Assembly (NCBI GenBank): GCA_032718475.1
Contig: JAUCBJ010003667.1
Coordinates: 22,272-86,271, forward strand
Length of the DNA stretch: 64,000 nucleotides
Reading direction: 5' to 3'
Origin: Nemertoderma westbladi
Taxonomy: Eukaryota > Animalia > Xenacoelomorpha
The notes beneath the pieces were generated by a model. It searched no databases. It was not told the DNA's origin and saw only the letters and a program-made list of their open reading frames with translations. The position numbers and the translations under genes are program-made. Of the stretch, positions 36,458 to 48,158 are shown in pieces (the first letter of the stretch is position 1; each line of letters starts with the position of its first letter).

Positions 36458-37678
36458 AAGTGCAGTTGACATCATCACTCTCTGTACAAATTGGTTATAA
36501 ATGATCGTAATTATTGCAATTATGCAATATTAACAGTTGTATATTTCTTTATGTGGCTTATTACTAGTAATTATTGGCGTTAGACATCTATGTAATTTAA
36601 ACTTGAAGTACTTTTTAACATCAAATCAAAAACTGTAACTCTGACTATATATTATACTAATGTATTACTTATATTTTTGATTTCGATTAGTATTTGTTAT
36701 TATATAAGTTACAGTAAACATCTCGAACGGCTAAATATTACCAGTATATAATATTACGAGTACATTAATGGTTGGTCTTAGACTTAGACATAATAAAATG
36801 TATATATTAACTTTATTCAATTATTCAATTCAATTATCACATAATAAAATGTAGCGGTGTTGTAGACCTCTCCCCTTATTTATAACTCCCCACCAATGCC
36901 ATCAAAAGACAGTAGGCATAGGCCTACTGAAATTGCCATGATTGTAATCCTTCACTAACCTGCATAATCCGGTAGCATGTGTTAACTTTCGTTTATTGTT
37001 TTGGTTCCAAAACACGGGTCTGTTACCCGCTCCTTTATAAACATACCTACAGTACTGTGCAAATACGATTAGGGGGAGCTGTGTTTGTGGGCCAGTTAAT
37101 TTGGTATATTTCAGGAGGGAGTTCTCCCATATGAGACTTTGCTCTATTGCATCAACCAAAACAAATGGTATCCCATCAAAAGTCTTATTCTAGAATATAA
37201 ATGCTTTTAGAACAAAATGCTCAACTGATCACGCTTGGCATCAACCGGATTCGGAATCAGCACCCTCGAATTGACTAAAAACTGTAAAAAAATCCCAGCT
37301 GTACCAAAATTCTACCCCCAGCCTGTTTTCTACTCGACTATAAGGGTTATGGTGTAACATATGAAGATAAATTATTCAATTTGTGAATTATTACACCAAA
37401 TAATAAAACCATACCATTTAGGAAGTGAATGGAATTATTGAAGCGACAAATACTCTTCAAATTATTTGGAGAAATATATAACATAAATGTGGGAACATGC
37501 AACATGGTGCTTTAGATTTACAATACGTGAAAGTCCTGTTAGTTTCAGTTGCGATTAATGTTGCTCATAGTATAGTACTATAGTACTGAAGGTAGGCCTA
37601 CCGGTAGTTAAATGTTGAGCAACAGTGTTGAGTTCGTTGACACATCTTCTTGTATTTTACATACTACCCATAGCCATC

Positions 37679-38269
37679 TTATTGTTGTGGCAATGTCTGG
37701 AAGAATTTAACTTTATCTTTGACCCCGCTGACCTCTGGTGAACTGTTGTTGTTGTCTGCTCGCTGGCCCCTATTGGCTGCTGTTTCGTCTTCACTTACAC
37801 CACCCACTGTGGTTGTCGCCGCTGTTGGAGGAGATCTAGTAGGCTGCACCCCCTTCTGACTTTGATTCCCATCCATGGCGGTCACATACACACTCTCCAA
37901 TCGTTCCTGCCTTTTTTTCCGACGTTCTTTCATCTTTTTTCTACACCTCGAAATCAAACACGGACCACATAGGATACCCATGAGAGCATACTTTACAATA
38001 AACAGCACTAAGAAAGGGCCTATTAGAAGGGGGCAGCACAGAATCAAAAATACCTTTTCTCGGCGATTGGTTTCGTATCTAGCGAATGGTTCCCATTTTG
38101 TTATCCTCTTCATCTCAGCTTTGAAATCATACCAAGCGCAAAGGTAAGTATTAATGATTAGGGTAAACAGTGCAAACGCACAAAAAGCCACTAGATGTGC
38201 ACAAAAGCCACTCTGCCGGCTTCCTCCAGAAACAGTCATTAAGGGAAAAATGATTCTTGACTTGGTCAT
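37679..38269 (-). CDS. Single-exon orphan membrane protein (196 aa)
   Basis: ATG-to-stop ORF, more GC-rich than its flanks. Two long hydrophobic segments, juxtamembrane Cys residues, a basic cluster RKKMKERRKKRQER and a disordered tail. No family recognised. Confidence 0.55.
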   Translation of the reverse strand: MTKSRIIFPLMTVSGGSRQSGFCAHLVAFCAFALFTLIINTYLCAWYDFKAEMKRITKWEPFARYETNRREKVFLILCCPLLIGPFLVLFIVKYALMGILCGPCLISRCRKKMKERRKKRQERLESVYVTAMDGNQSQKGVQPTRSPPTAATTTVGGVSEDETAANRGQRADNNNSSPEVSGVKDKVKFFQTLPQQ

Positions 38270-38538
38270 GGTCGTGTTTATATACAGCGATTCACATTAG
38301 ATAATAGATAACAATAGCTTAAAGTCTATTATACAACACAGGGGCTGCGAACGACAGCGGCCACCTACCCCGTAGAGAGAATGGCCCCGAACGGCCTAAT
38401 TTTACATATCGTTCTAGAATGATATATAATATGATAAATTAATAGCTATATAACTAAATAATAATAAATTATAGAACTGATTAGTGCGGCATGTTCATTT
38501 GTGCCTTATTATTATTAAGTGGGCATTACTAAATGTTC

Positions 38539-40867
38539 GTGGGGCCTTCGCGCAGCACGAGAGCCCACACGAGAAAGTACATTATTGTATTATACATCTC
38601 TATTAGATATACAAAAACCGTCTTTTATATATGAGTGAAGGCGATGCTATCAGCAGGGCTCCTATCCCACCGGTGCTCAACAAAATAAAAACGCAGAGGG
38701 GTCAAATTAACGTAGCGTATTTTAAGAGAGAGGGGGTGGGGGGGGGGGGGGGAGATCGGGACATTTATTGTATATTGAAAATTTTCAAATTTTTTATGAT
38801 CATGTCCTGCGCCGAAATTGATGGAGATTTCAAATATACAAGCATTTTTTAAATTGTGTAAGGTAAGGACATTTCATCAGAAAGGATCCCAAGGTAAATA
38901 AATATATAAATAAAATTGCCAAAAAAGGGTTGTTTTATTAGGTATGTTTTTTATTAGGTATGTTTTTGGAATAATGAAATATTTCATTCAATTACAATCA
39001 TTTTTGACAAAAAAAAATTATTAACAATTTTCTTAATTGCTTCTTAATAATTTACTATTTCTTAAACAATTCTGACTGAAATCAGTTGAAATTTGTGTAT
39101 GAAATGGCCGAAGCTCAATTTCAATCAACATTGCTTGATGGCACTAGATCAAGGCTTGCACTGGATGTACTACTACTACTAGGATCGGCATGCTGCCTTG
39201 CAGCTTCATTTTTAAAAATGCTGTGCCGGCTTGTCGACAAAATTACGCCGCCACAACTCCCTATCACCCATGACATTTGCTAGATCATCCGTATCTTCAA
39301 GGCCAGTGTCCTTTAAGATGCGTCTCAAGAAAGTCATGGGCTGTCCACCATGCTTATACACTCCATGAGGCTGCCAAAGCACAAGATTATGCACTGGCTG
39401 GTCCTCACGGCGAAAGCAATGTCCTGCAAAGCGGAGGCGATTTTGTTCTAGTGTCAAGCTTGGGGGAACCAATGAGACACCTCCAAATTTATATAGTGTC
39501 TGGTTGGAGATGTGTGCATTGTACTTGACACAATGAATCCGGCGTAGCATTCTTATGAATGTGCCATCCAGAGATTTGGTGTCCTCGAACAGTTAGAGAC
39601 CAGCATGGACTCCCATAGAGGAGTACTGGAACTACTGATGCTCTAAATAATCGGACCTTTAATTCTCGGTGACTTCCAAATCCTGGAAAGCCTATTCAAG
39701 GCTGCCCATGCCTTTCCCTTACGTATTCGAAGGTCCTCACCTGACTTCCGGATCCATGATCCCAGGTAACAGAAGTCGTCCACATGCTCAAGCATACCAT
39801 CCTTTGAGCTTATGCTAATCCGATCAGAGACTTGCTGAGGATTTTCAAAGTTAACTGTCAAAATGTTGGTCTTTCTGGATTAATAAAAAGACCAACACTA
39901 GAAGCAGCATGTTCAAATTTGCAGCCGTCGGGCTCCCTCTAGTGATTCTGAGAGTACTCATAAGTCATCAGCAAAGTCTAGATCAGTTAGGTACTTGGCT
40001 GGATTCTGGAGCCAGTAGGTGGAGTTATCATCACCCCATCATCATTATGATGATCTAAGGACATGCGTAGAACATGCTGCAGAACAACAGCAACTGGATG
40101 TAACAATAATTTCAACCGAATCATCAAAAAATTTAACACTGAATAAATACAATATTATACAATATATTATAATAATATTATAATATATTATACAATAATT
40201 TGATTAAATCGCCACAGCTATAATTTCAGTTACAACTTACAAGGTTTATAAATTTCAAGGTTATTAAATGGAAAAATCTTATAATAACGCAATTTTCATG
40301 GTATTTGCTCAATAATAGTCGAATAACGCAAAAATTTGGAAATAGCGCGACGCGTTAAAATAACGCAGTAGTGGGAGTTCTGGCTATCGGTTTGTGATAA
40401 ACTAGTTGTAAAAACAGAGATCCACTACAGTTTGCCCTTACACACTTGAACTGTCATTTGTAACCCTTCTAACTTGGGCTATTTATGTTAAGTATGACAT
40501 TTTTAGTTTTACAATACTCTTCTCCTTCACTAGCCTCGTTGCGCTCGTCCTGTTTTGTCTTAAAATAATTTTCCTAAACGGAGACTAACGACCTTTATAA
40601 CTATGCAAAGTCTCGAAACTGTCAGAGTAACTGCTGATTCATGGCAGAGGGATACTCGTATCCACTGTAAACTCGTTGCATTCGTTCCTTTTTTTAACAA
40701 ACTTCCGATTCTTTCTAAACTTTTACCGGACTACATACGAACCAAGTTTCGTTTAATTTCATCAAGGAATAACCAAGTTATTAGCGATAAAATATTTACG
40801 ACGACGACAGAAAACTCGTTAATGGCACCCATATGCTAGGCTTCGCGCACATCGTGGCTCGCCCCAC
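38539..40867 (+). mobile_element. Second element with the same termini as 22834-25110 but a different interior
   Basis: Starts GTGGGGCCTTCGCGCAGCACG, has a short (GAC)n at ~40798-40808, ends CGTGGCTCGCCCCAC. Confidence 0.6.
39170..40092 (-). mobile_element. 5'-truncated RTE-clade LINE
   Basis: DLDFADD-type RT motif, DFCYLGS, RLRFAGHCFRR; (TAG)n tail; 10-bp TSD actggatgta at 39160-39169 and 40093-40102. Confidence 0.88.
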
Positions 40868-43800
40868 ACCTTGGGTATGGCCATGAGTACCCATCGATTT
40901 TTTATTTTTTTCGGCTAGAGTTACGTATGCAGTCGCATTTGACATTTTGATATTAATTAATGAAATTATGTACTTTTTGCATAGTAATATCACCACTGAC
41001 TTTATTGCAACATTCATGACCCACTATAGTAGGTCATGCAACATTTTTCACAAAAAATATTGTGTTCTAGAACATTAGCTAATTGACAAGCTAGTCATTT
41101 TTCCAAACATGATTTATTATATAGGCCTACTGTATTAAATTTTTTTTTGAAATTTCTAAAAATACCGGTACTGCAATTTTGTGTGTATTAGAACAATAGA
41201 ATCTAATGTAGAACATTAGTAGATATGTTTTTATGGTAGCTAGTGTTTTTTTACTCGCTACAGTAGTATTTTTTGTGATTATAAAAAATGTGAAAACATT
41301 GATATTTCAGGTTTAAACTATTGCAGAATTAATGACCAAAAATATTGATAATATTTTATCAGTTTACAATTTTTGCATGGTAACAATGATTTATGTTATA
41401 AAGATGTAGCCTAGTTTTTTTTAATTACTAGCCATTTTAAATTTTAAAAATGACTAGTTATATGTTCAACAACATTATATTTTTTTTTTTATTTATGTTC
41501 TAGAAGAGTGTATAATAATTATATTTTGTTCTAGAACTTTACAATGTTGCCATGGTAACAATGATTTATGTTATAAATTAATTAAAATATTTATGCTGTA
41601 CGGAACTGTCACAAAAATAAAAAAAAATAAAATATAAAAAATATAGCTAATATTGTGTTCTAGAACACAAAATTTTTATGAAAAATGTTGTGAGGACGTC
41701 AACGATGGTAATTTAGTTCAAAATAAGTCGATTGCCTATATATTTCATAAAAAAAATTTTTTGAAATGCGACTGCAGACGGAACTGTTCCCGTTTTTATA
41801 ATTTCAAAATATACCGTAGACCTACTAAGACTAACTATAGCTACAGTAGTAACAAAAAACACTACAAAAAAATAGTAAGTCAGCCAGGCTTCACCGGGCA
41901 TGGGACCGCCCCTACAGCACGGTTATGGGATGGGTGCGGAGGCGGATTTCCTTTGCCATCAGCCGTGGCTCCTCCCACTGCCTGCGTGGCTCTAGGGTAA
42001 GGTGGCGCAGCGGGCTGGGGCTCGAGGATGGGGCGAGTCTCCCGCTCACTACTTGAAATGCGGCCGAACTGTAGTACAGTACTGACAGGCTGTTTCAGTT
42101 TTAATTATTTACATCATTTCACATTTCCAATAGTAGCTAGGCACCTGATTGTTGACCATATCTGTATAGGTGGTGGGCGTTTATTTACATTTTTGATAAT
42201 TAAAAGTTTATCCCTCGCTATAAAAAAAACTATATAGTAAGTACCTTTTAGTAGTACTGTACAAGTGTACATTAGTTACCTTAATGAATAATATAAGATT
42301 AAAAAAATATTTTTTTTCATTTGAAAAAATACTAGCTAGGTAATAAAAAAAATATTAGCTTGATATTTAAAAAACACTAGCTAGGCCTACCATTAAAAAA
42401 TATCTGCTAATGTTCCAGAACATTCACAAATATCAAAAAGACAAAACAATCCCGCAAATTTGCTGTATACATACTATACTAGTACCGCTACATGTTCTAG
42501 AACATTATATTTTTTATTTTATTTATGTTCTAGTATAGTTAAATAACATTAATATGGTGTTCTACAACTCTACTGTTGCCATAGTAACAATGAATAATGT
42601 TTAAAAAGTGTAGTGGTATAAGGAACCGTAGCCCTTTTTTTAAAAGGTTATAAATTCCAACCAGCTAATTGTTGATATATTATATTATTGTATAAGTTCT
42701 AGAACATTAATTTTATTCTAGAAAATGTTTATAAAAAGTTAAAAATAATTCGCAAATATAGCTATTATTTGCAACTATTATGGTCTAGAATGTGTCCCTT
42801 ATTCGTAAAAAAAAAGTTCTAATAAAAATAGTTTTTCTTGTTCTAGAATGTTTTTTAAACAATTTTGTCTCTTAACATTTCAATTATTTGTTCTATAACC
42901 ATTATTATGATACCTCAACATGTTTTAGAACATTTCAAACAAATCGTTAGAAATTAGCTAGTTTATAAAATGGGGTGTTAGTGGTGTTTGGTAACGTAAT
43001 GGATTACACCTTAATACCCTTAATACAACAACCATTTTTAGGGGGTCGGAGCCCCCCCCCCCCCCCCCCCCCCCTAATTTTTTTCAAATTTAAATAAAAT
43101 GCTACAAAATTTGGAATGATGGATCGAATCCTTTTCTTACTGGTGGCCTGGCCGGATTTTCCAATTTCTCGGTTATTCCCATTCATCAAGCCCTTACAAA
43201 ATGTCTATTAAGCAATGTTTAACCACCTCCGTAGACTTTATTTTACGTATTTGAAATGTCGTCTAGATATCATTAGAACCGCCTTCGTCTGTGGATTCCG
43301 AATCTGAAACCCGTTGTATGATAATTAATATTCTAGAATAAAACAACAAAACATCAGAATTATAGCGATTTACCTCTAAGTTTACACATTAGTATTTTGA
43401 TAATATCTTTACCAATTTTTGGTTAAATTTAAAACGGTTTTCAGATTCGGAATCCACAGACGAAGGCGGTTCTAATGATACCTAGACGACTGTAGTAAGA
43501 ATTATTATCTGTAGTAAGAATTTATATTGTACAGTGTAGGACTGTAGGAGTGGTACCGGTACGGTGTTGTATTTGGAATGCTATATTGCTGTATTATGGA
43601 GATTAATTATTGATATTAATATAGTCGACTAAAATACATTTATATATATTATATTCTTATTAACTGCCGACAGCGGGATTGGGGAAGATTACAAATGGTG
43701 ACCCGGACGAGATCGTAAGTGCAGAATCGTGACTGTCAGACTTGCGCTAACATCATTACAGAATTCAAGCTATCTACGTTTAGGATACCCGGTACAGAAA

Positions 43801-43869
43801 GTACTGTAATCAAGGTACACTTCATAAAGTAGTAGGCCTACCATTCGGCCACGCGTAAATCCAATCACG

Positions 43870-44961
43870 ATGCCGTTAGATATTCATAGTTTAAATAAGA
43901 AAACTCTTGAACTCATTTTAGAAGTTCTCTACCAAAATGACCCCAATTTCACTATGCCAGCAACAAGGGCGGAAATCGAGACACAGTTGAGGGGCGAAAA
44001 CCAAAACGCCGTACAGTTGGCCTATAACCACCTTCAACATACGCAACTAGCGGGTGCTGTTATGGGAAACTTTCCTACAACACCTTTGACTACAAACGAA
44101 ACGCGAGTTCCACAAACGATTAAACTCCCGGTGTTTTACGAGAAGGATACGCGAGTTTGGTTCGAACAAATAGAACAAATCTTAGAAGGTTCTCCGGAGA
44201 CCGTTATGAAGAACAGTTTACTTCGCGTTCTCCCGACAAACGTGATATTCGACAGTGGAGCAAATGTGACTGATACATTCCACATCATAAAAAATTCGGT
44301 AATTAATTACGCGGATGACAGCGCCGATAGACGATTAAAGAAACTATTAAAGGATCAACAGTTGGGCGATAGAAAGCCGTCCGTTGCTCTTAGGCAACTA
44401 GAGCGTTTGGCGCCTAATAACGAAAACTTAGTACGTCTACGATTTCTGGAAATACTTCCGGAGCCGGTACGTTTAGCCTTGGTTTCTGTCGATGGTATAC
44501 CCAATGACAAAATCGCGGAAATTGCGGATCGGATGATGGAACAAATGACTGGATCTACACCATGGAATTCGGTTAACCAATTATCCACTTCCGGTAGTGT
44601 TGATAAAATGCCGGAAAGTCCAGTAAAACCCGACTGGGAAAGAGCGATCGCAGATCAAATATTACAATTAACTGTGGCTGTTAATGCTTTACAAGCAAGT
44701 ATCAAGCCTCAATACAATCGTTCACGTTCGTTTTCACGCGAGGGACGAGATCGGAATCGCAGTAGAAGTGGGAAATCTCCGTTTTGGTCTGACAACCGAA
44801 ACAGAAATCGTTCGCAATCTAGATATGGATCGTTTGACCCCGAGGGACGATTCTGTTGGTTCCATTGGCGATTTGGAAGAGAGTCTAGGAAGTGCGGTGA
44901 TCCCTCTAAGTGTTCTTGGGATAAACCGGATAATTCAAACAACCAGCAGTCGGGAAACTAA
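43870..44961 (+). CDS. gag: Gypsy Gag
   Basis: KLPVFY…WFEQIE, LGDRKPS, and a CHCC-type motif CWFHWRFGRESRKCGDPSKCSW characteristic of the CsRN1 group. Confidence 0.92.
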   Translation: MPLDIHSLNKKTLELILEVLYQNDPNFTMPATRAEIETQLRGENQNAVQLAYNHLQHTQLAGAVMGNFPTTPLTTNETRVPQTIKLPVFYEKDTRVWFEQIEQILEGSPETVMKNSLLRVLPTNVIFDSGANVTDTFHIIKNSVINYADDSADRRLKKLLKDQQLGDRKPSVALRQLERLAPNNENLVRLRFLEILPEPVRLALVSVDGIPNDKIAEIADRMMEQMTGSTPWNSVNQLSTSGSVDKMPESPVKPDWERAIADQILQLTVAVNALQASIKPQYNRSRSFSREGRDRNRSRSGKSPFWSDNRNRNRSQSRYGSFDPEGRFCWFHWRFGRESRKCGDPSKCSWDKPDNSNNQQSGN

Positions 44962-47900
44962 AAAACTCCAACGGCAAGGCGGTTGACGGTGGAGTAAACT
45001 CGATATATATAACCGTCGTACCAGTAGGAGAATGTTTAGCTGATAGTGGTAGCGAGGCAAGTTGTTTACCTCTAAGTTATGCTTCCACAAATATGAAAAA
45101 AATTCCCCCATATTTAAATTTAAAAGCGGCTAACAAAACTGAAATTAATAGTTTGGGAATTAGAAAAATTAATTTTAAAATTCCAGAATTAAATAATAGT
45201 GAATATTCCTGGGAATTTTATGTGTGCGATGTATCACAGCCAATTTTAGGAGCTGATTTTTTAAAACACAATCAACTTTTGGTGGATTGTGTAAATGATA
45301 GAATAATTCCATTATCCTGGGTTAAAGCGCCGTCTGGAAAATGGAATGCAAACCACAATAAGAAAACAAACAAACATACTAATCCTGAACCATCTGTACA
45401 GAGGATTACTTTAGAAAATCCTGTGTACTACGATAAAGTTTTGGACATATTAAATAATTACCCCGAATTATTTACCCCAATTGATGTGAAAGAACCTGTG
45501 AAACATAATATTGAGCATAATATTTTGACCAAAGGACCCCCAGCTTATTCTAAACCTCGTCGTTTATTTGGTTCACGTTTAGATATAGCCAAAGAAACTT
45601 TTAAAAAATGGGAAGAACAAGGTGTGTGTTACCGTGGAGAGTCTGAATATGCAACTCCCCTTCATATGGCTCCCCAACCAAATTCTACGAGTACACCATG
45701 GAGAGCCTGTGGTGATTTTCGTTGTTTAAATGCACAAACTATTCCTGACCAATATCCGATGCCCAATTTAAATGATTTGACAAGTAATTTACATGGATGT
45801 ACAATATTTTCAAAATTAGATTTGACAGCTGCCTATACGCAAATTCCAATTGCGAAGGTTGACCAACCAAAAGCAGCAGTTGTAACTCCTTTTGGCTTAT
45901 TTATTTTCAAAAGAATGCCTTATGGTTTACGGAATGCTTCAAAAACTTTTCAAAGACTGATGGATTCTGTGTTACAGGATACACCATATACATGGGTTTA
46001 CCTTGATGATGTGCTAGTTTCAAGTAAATCGTGTGAAGAACATCTAAAACATTTAAAGAGCGTTCTCAGTAAATTAGCTGAATTCGGCCTGAAATTAAAG
46101 CCTGAAAAGTGCAAATTTTTCTGTACAGGTGTAAAATTTGTTGGTGTCTGGATTTCGGCTGATGGAATAAAACCACTTCCAGAACAAATAGACGCAATTT
46201 CTAAATTTGAAAGACCAGTTACCACAAAGTCATTGAAAAGGTTCCTCGGAATGTGTGGATTTTACCACAAATTTGTTCCACATTTTTCAGGCACTGCTAC
46301 TCCATTAACTGATATGACTAGAGTAAAAGGTAAAAATAACGCAAAACTGGAATGGACAGAAAAATCTATAGACGCATTCAATAAATTGAAAGAAGCATTA
46401 CGAAATTCTGTTACTTTAGCTTTTCCACGATCAAACACTAAGTTGGAGTTGGCAACTGATGCATCCGATGTAGCAGCAGGTGCTGTGTTGCATCAGGTTG
46501 CGGTTAATAATGTCAAGGAACCAGTAGCATTCTTTTCAGCTAAATTTACGGCTACTGAATCTCGAAAATCGACTTTCGATCGCGAGTTATTATCTGTCTA
46601 TATGGCTTTGAAACACTTTAAATGGTTAATGGGAACAGATTTTGAAATTAAAACCGATCATAAATCATTGGTATATGCATTAAATATGAAAAATCCTACA
46701 CCTCAGCAGGCGAGATGGTTATCATACATTTCGGAATTCGATTGTAATATTTCTCATGTATCTGGCAGTTTAAACGTTGTGGCCGATGCATTATCCAGAA
46801 GTACAGCTGCTGTAACTGTAGAGTTTGATAAAACACTGGCTGAAAGTCAGGCAAGAGATACGGATCTAATAAATTATTTACAAAAAACTTCTTTACCAAC
46901 GATGAAATTTCGAATTGGAGATTCCAGTATATGGTGTGATGCCAGAAATAAATACTTACGGCCATATGTTCCAACTACAATGAGATATCAAATCTTTAAA
47001 CAACTCCATGAATTGGCTCATACTGGTAATAAAGCTACTCTTAAATTGATATCGGATAAATATATTTGGCCTGGAATCAGGAAGGATGTGCAAAAATGGT
47101 GTAAAGAATGCGTACGTTGCCAGCAGTGCAAAGTAATAAGACATACAAAAGCTCCAGTGGGAACAATTCCGACGACTGGACGTTTTCAAACAATACATAT
47201 CGACATTGTTGGCCCTCTACCACCTTCCAAAGGAAATCAATATATAGTAACAATGATAGACAGATTCACCAGATGGCCAGAAGCTGTCCCTACAAGTCGA
47301 ATAGACGCAGAAATTGTAGCAAAAGCACTAATAAAAACATGGATTACTAGATTTGGAGTTCCAAGAGAATTGATCTCGGACAGGGGTACTCAGTTTGAAT
47401 CCCAAGTATGGTCTGAGGTAATGAAATTATTAGGAATACAACGTTCTAGAACAACCAGCTATCACCCACAGTGTAATGGGGCTATAGAAAGATGGCATCG
47501 AACTCTAAAGAATGCATTACGAACTCACACGGAGAAAACTCAAACCTGGTCGGATTCACTACCATTAATAATGTTGGGACTGAGATCTAGTTTAGCAAAT
47601 GATGAGGGATACAGCCCAACACAATTAGTTTATGGTGGAACAGTAGACTTACCTCAACAATATTTCATACCAACGAACTCTGAAAGAGATATAGATAACT
47701 TACCGAAATTCATGGAGGATCTGATGAAATCAGTAAATTCGTTTGCAATTCCAGAAAGAAAACACAATAAACCATCATATATTCCTGCTTCTATGGACTC
47801 AGTGAAACAGGTGTGGCTAAGAAAGGAACGCCGCAAGTCATCCTTAAGTGATCGTTATACAGGGCCATACAAAATACAAGAAAGAGATAATAAAACTGTG

Positions 47901-48158
47901 ACCATTGAAATAAATGGAAAACTCCAGAAAGTATCCATAGATCGAACAAAACCAGCATTTATTGCTAATCAAGACACCGAAATAAATGATTTCACGGCCA
48001 AATTACTTCCATCCAAAACTAAAAGTAATATATTGACCAATGATTGTAATAAATTCTTGAGAAATTCATCCCAAAATATTCCTTCACAAACGAGATCTGG
48101 TCGAGTGTACAATAAAGTTAATTTTAATTTAAATAAAAATGAAATATTTTCAATATAA
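44952..48158 (+). CDS. pol: Gypsy Pol (PR-RT-RNaseH-IN), expressed by -1 frameshift
   Basis: The -1 frame is open from 44952. Protease LADSGS, RT YLDD, RNase H TDASD/TDHKSL/NVVADALSR, integrase HHCC and D-D-E (HIDIVGPLP, SDRGTQF, NGAIERWH), GPY. Confidence 0.95.
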   Translation, partial: GKLKNSNGKAVDGGVNSIYITVVPVGECLADSGSEASCLPLSYASTNMKKIPPYLNLKAANKTEINSLGIRKINFKIPELNNSEYSWEFYVCDVSQPILGADFLKHNQLLVDCVNDRIIPLSWVKAPSGKWNANHNKKTNKHTNPEPSVQRITLENPVYYDKVLDILNNYPELFTPIDVKEPVKHNIEHNILTKGPPAYSKPRRLFGSRLDIAKETFKKWEEQGVCYRGESEYATPLHMAPQPNSTSTPWRACGDFRCLNAQTIPDQYPMPNLNDLTSNLHGCTIFSKLDLTAAYTQIPIAKVDQPKAAVVTPFGLFIFKRMPYGLRNASKTFQRLMDSVLQDTPYTWVYLDDVLVSSKSCEEHLKHLKSVLSKLAEFGLKLKPEKCKFFCTGVKFVGVWISADGIKPLPEQIDAISKFERPVTTKSLKRFLGMCGFYHKFVPHFSGTATPLTDMTRVKGKNNAKLEWTEKSIDAFNKLKEALRNSVTLAFPRSNTKLELATDASDVAAGAVLHQVAVNNVKEPVAFFSAKFTATESRKSTFDRELLSVYMALKHFKWLMGTDFEIKTDHKSLVYALNMKNPTPQQARWLSYISEFDCNISHVSGSLNVVADALSRSTAAVTVEFDKTLAESQARDTDLINYLQKTSLPTMKFRIGDSSIWCDARNKYLRPYVPTTMRYQIFKQLHELAHTGNKATLKLISDKYIWPGIRKDVQKWCKECVRCQQCKVIRHTKAPVGTIPTTGRFQTIHIDIVGPLPPSKGNQYIVTMIDRFTRWPEAVPTSRIDAEIVAKALIKTWITRFGVPRELISDRGTQFESQVWSEVMKLLGIQRSRTTSYHPQCNGAIERWHRTLKNALRTHTEKTQTWSDSLPLIMLGLRSSLANDEGYSPTQLVYGGTVDLPQQYFIPTNSERDIDNLPKFMEDLMKSVNSFAIPERKHNKPSYIPASMDSVKQVWLRKERRKSSLSDRYTGPYKIQERDNKTVTIEINGKLQKVSIDRTKPAFIANQDTEINDFTAKLLPSKTKSNILTNDCNKFLRNSSQNIPSQTRSGRVYNKVNFNLNKNEIFSI

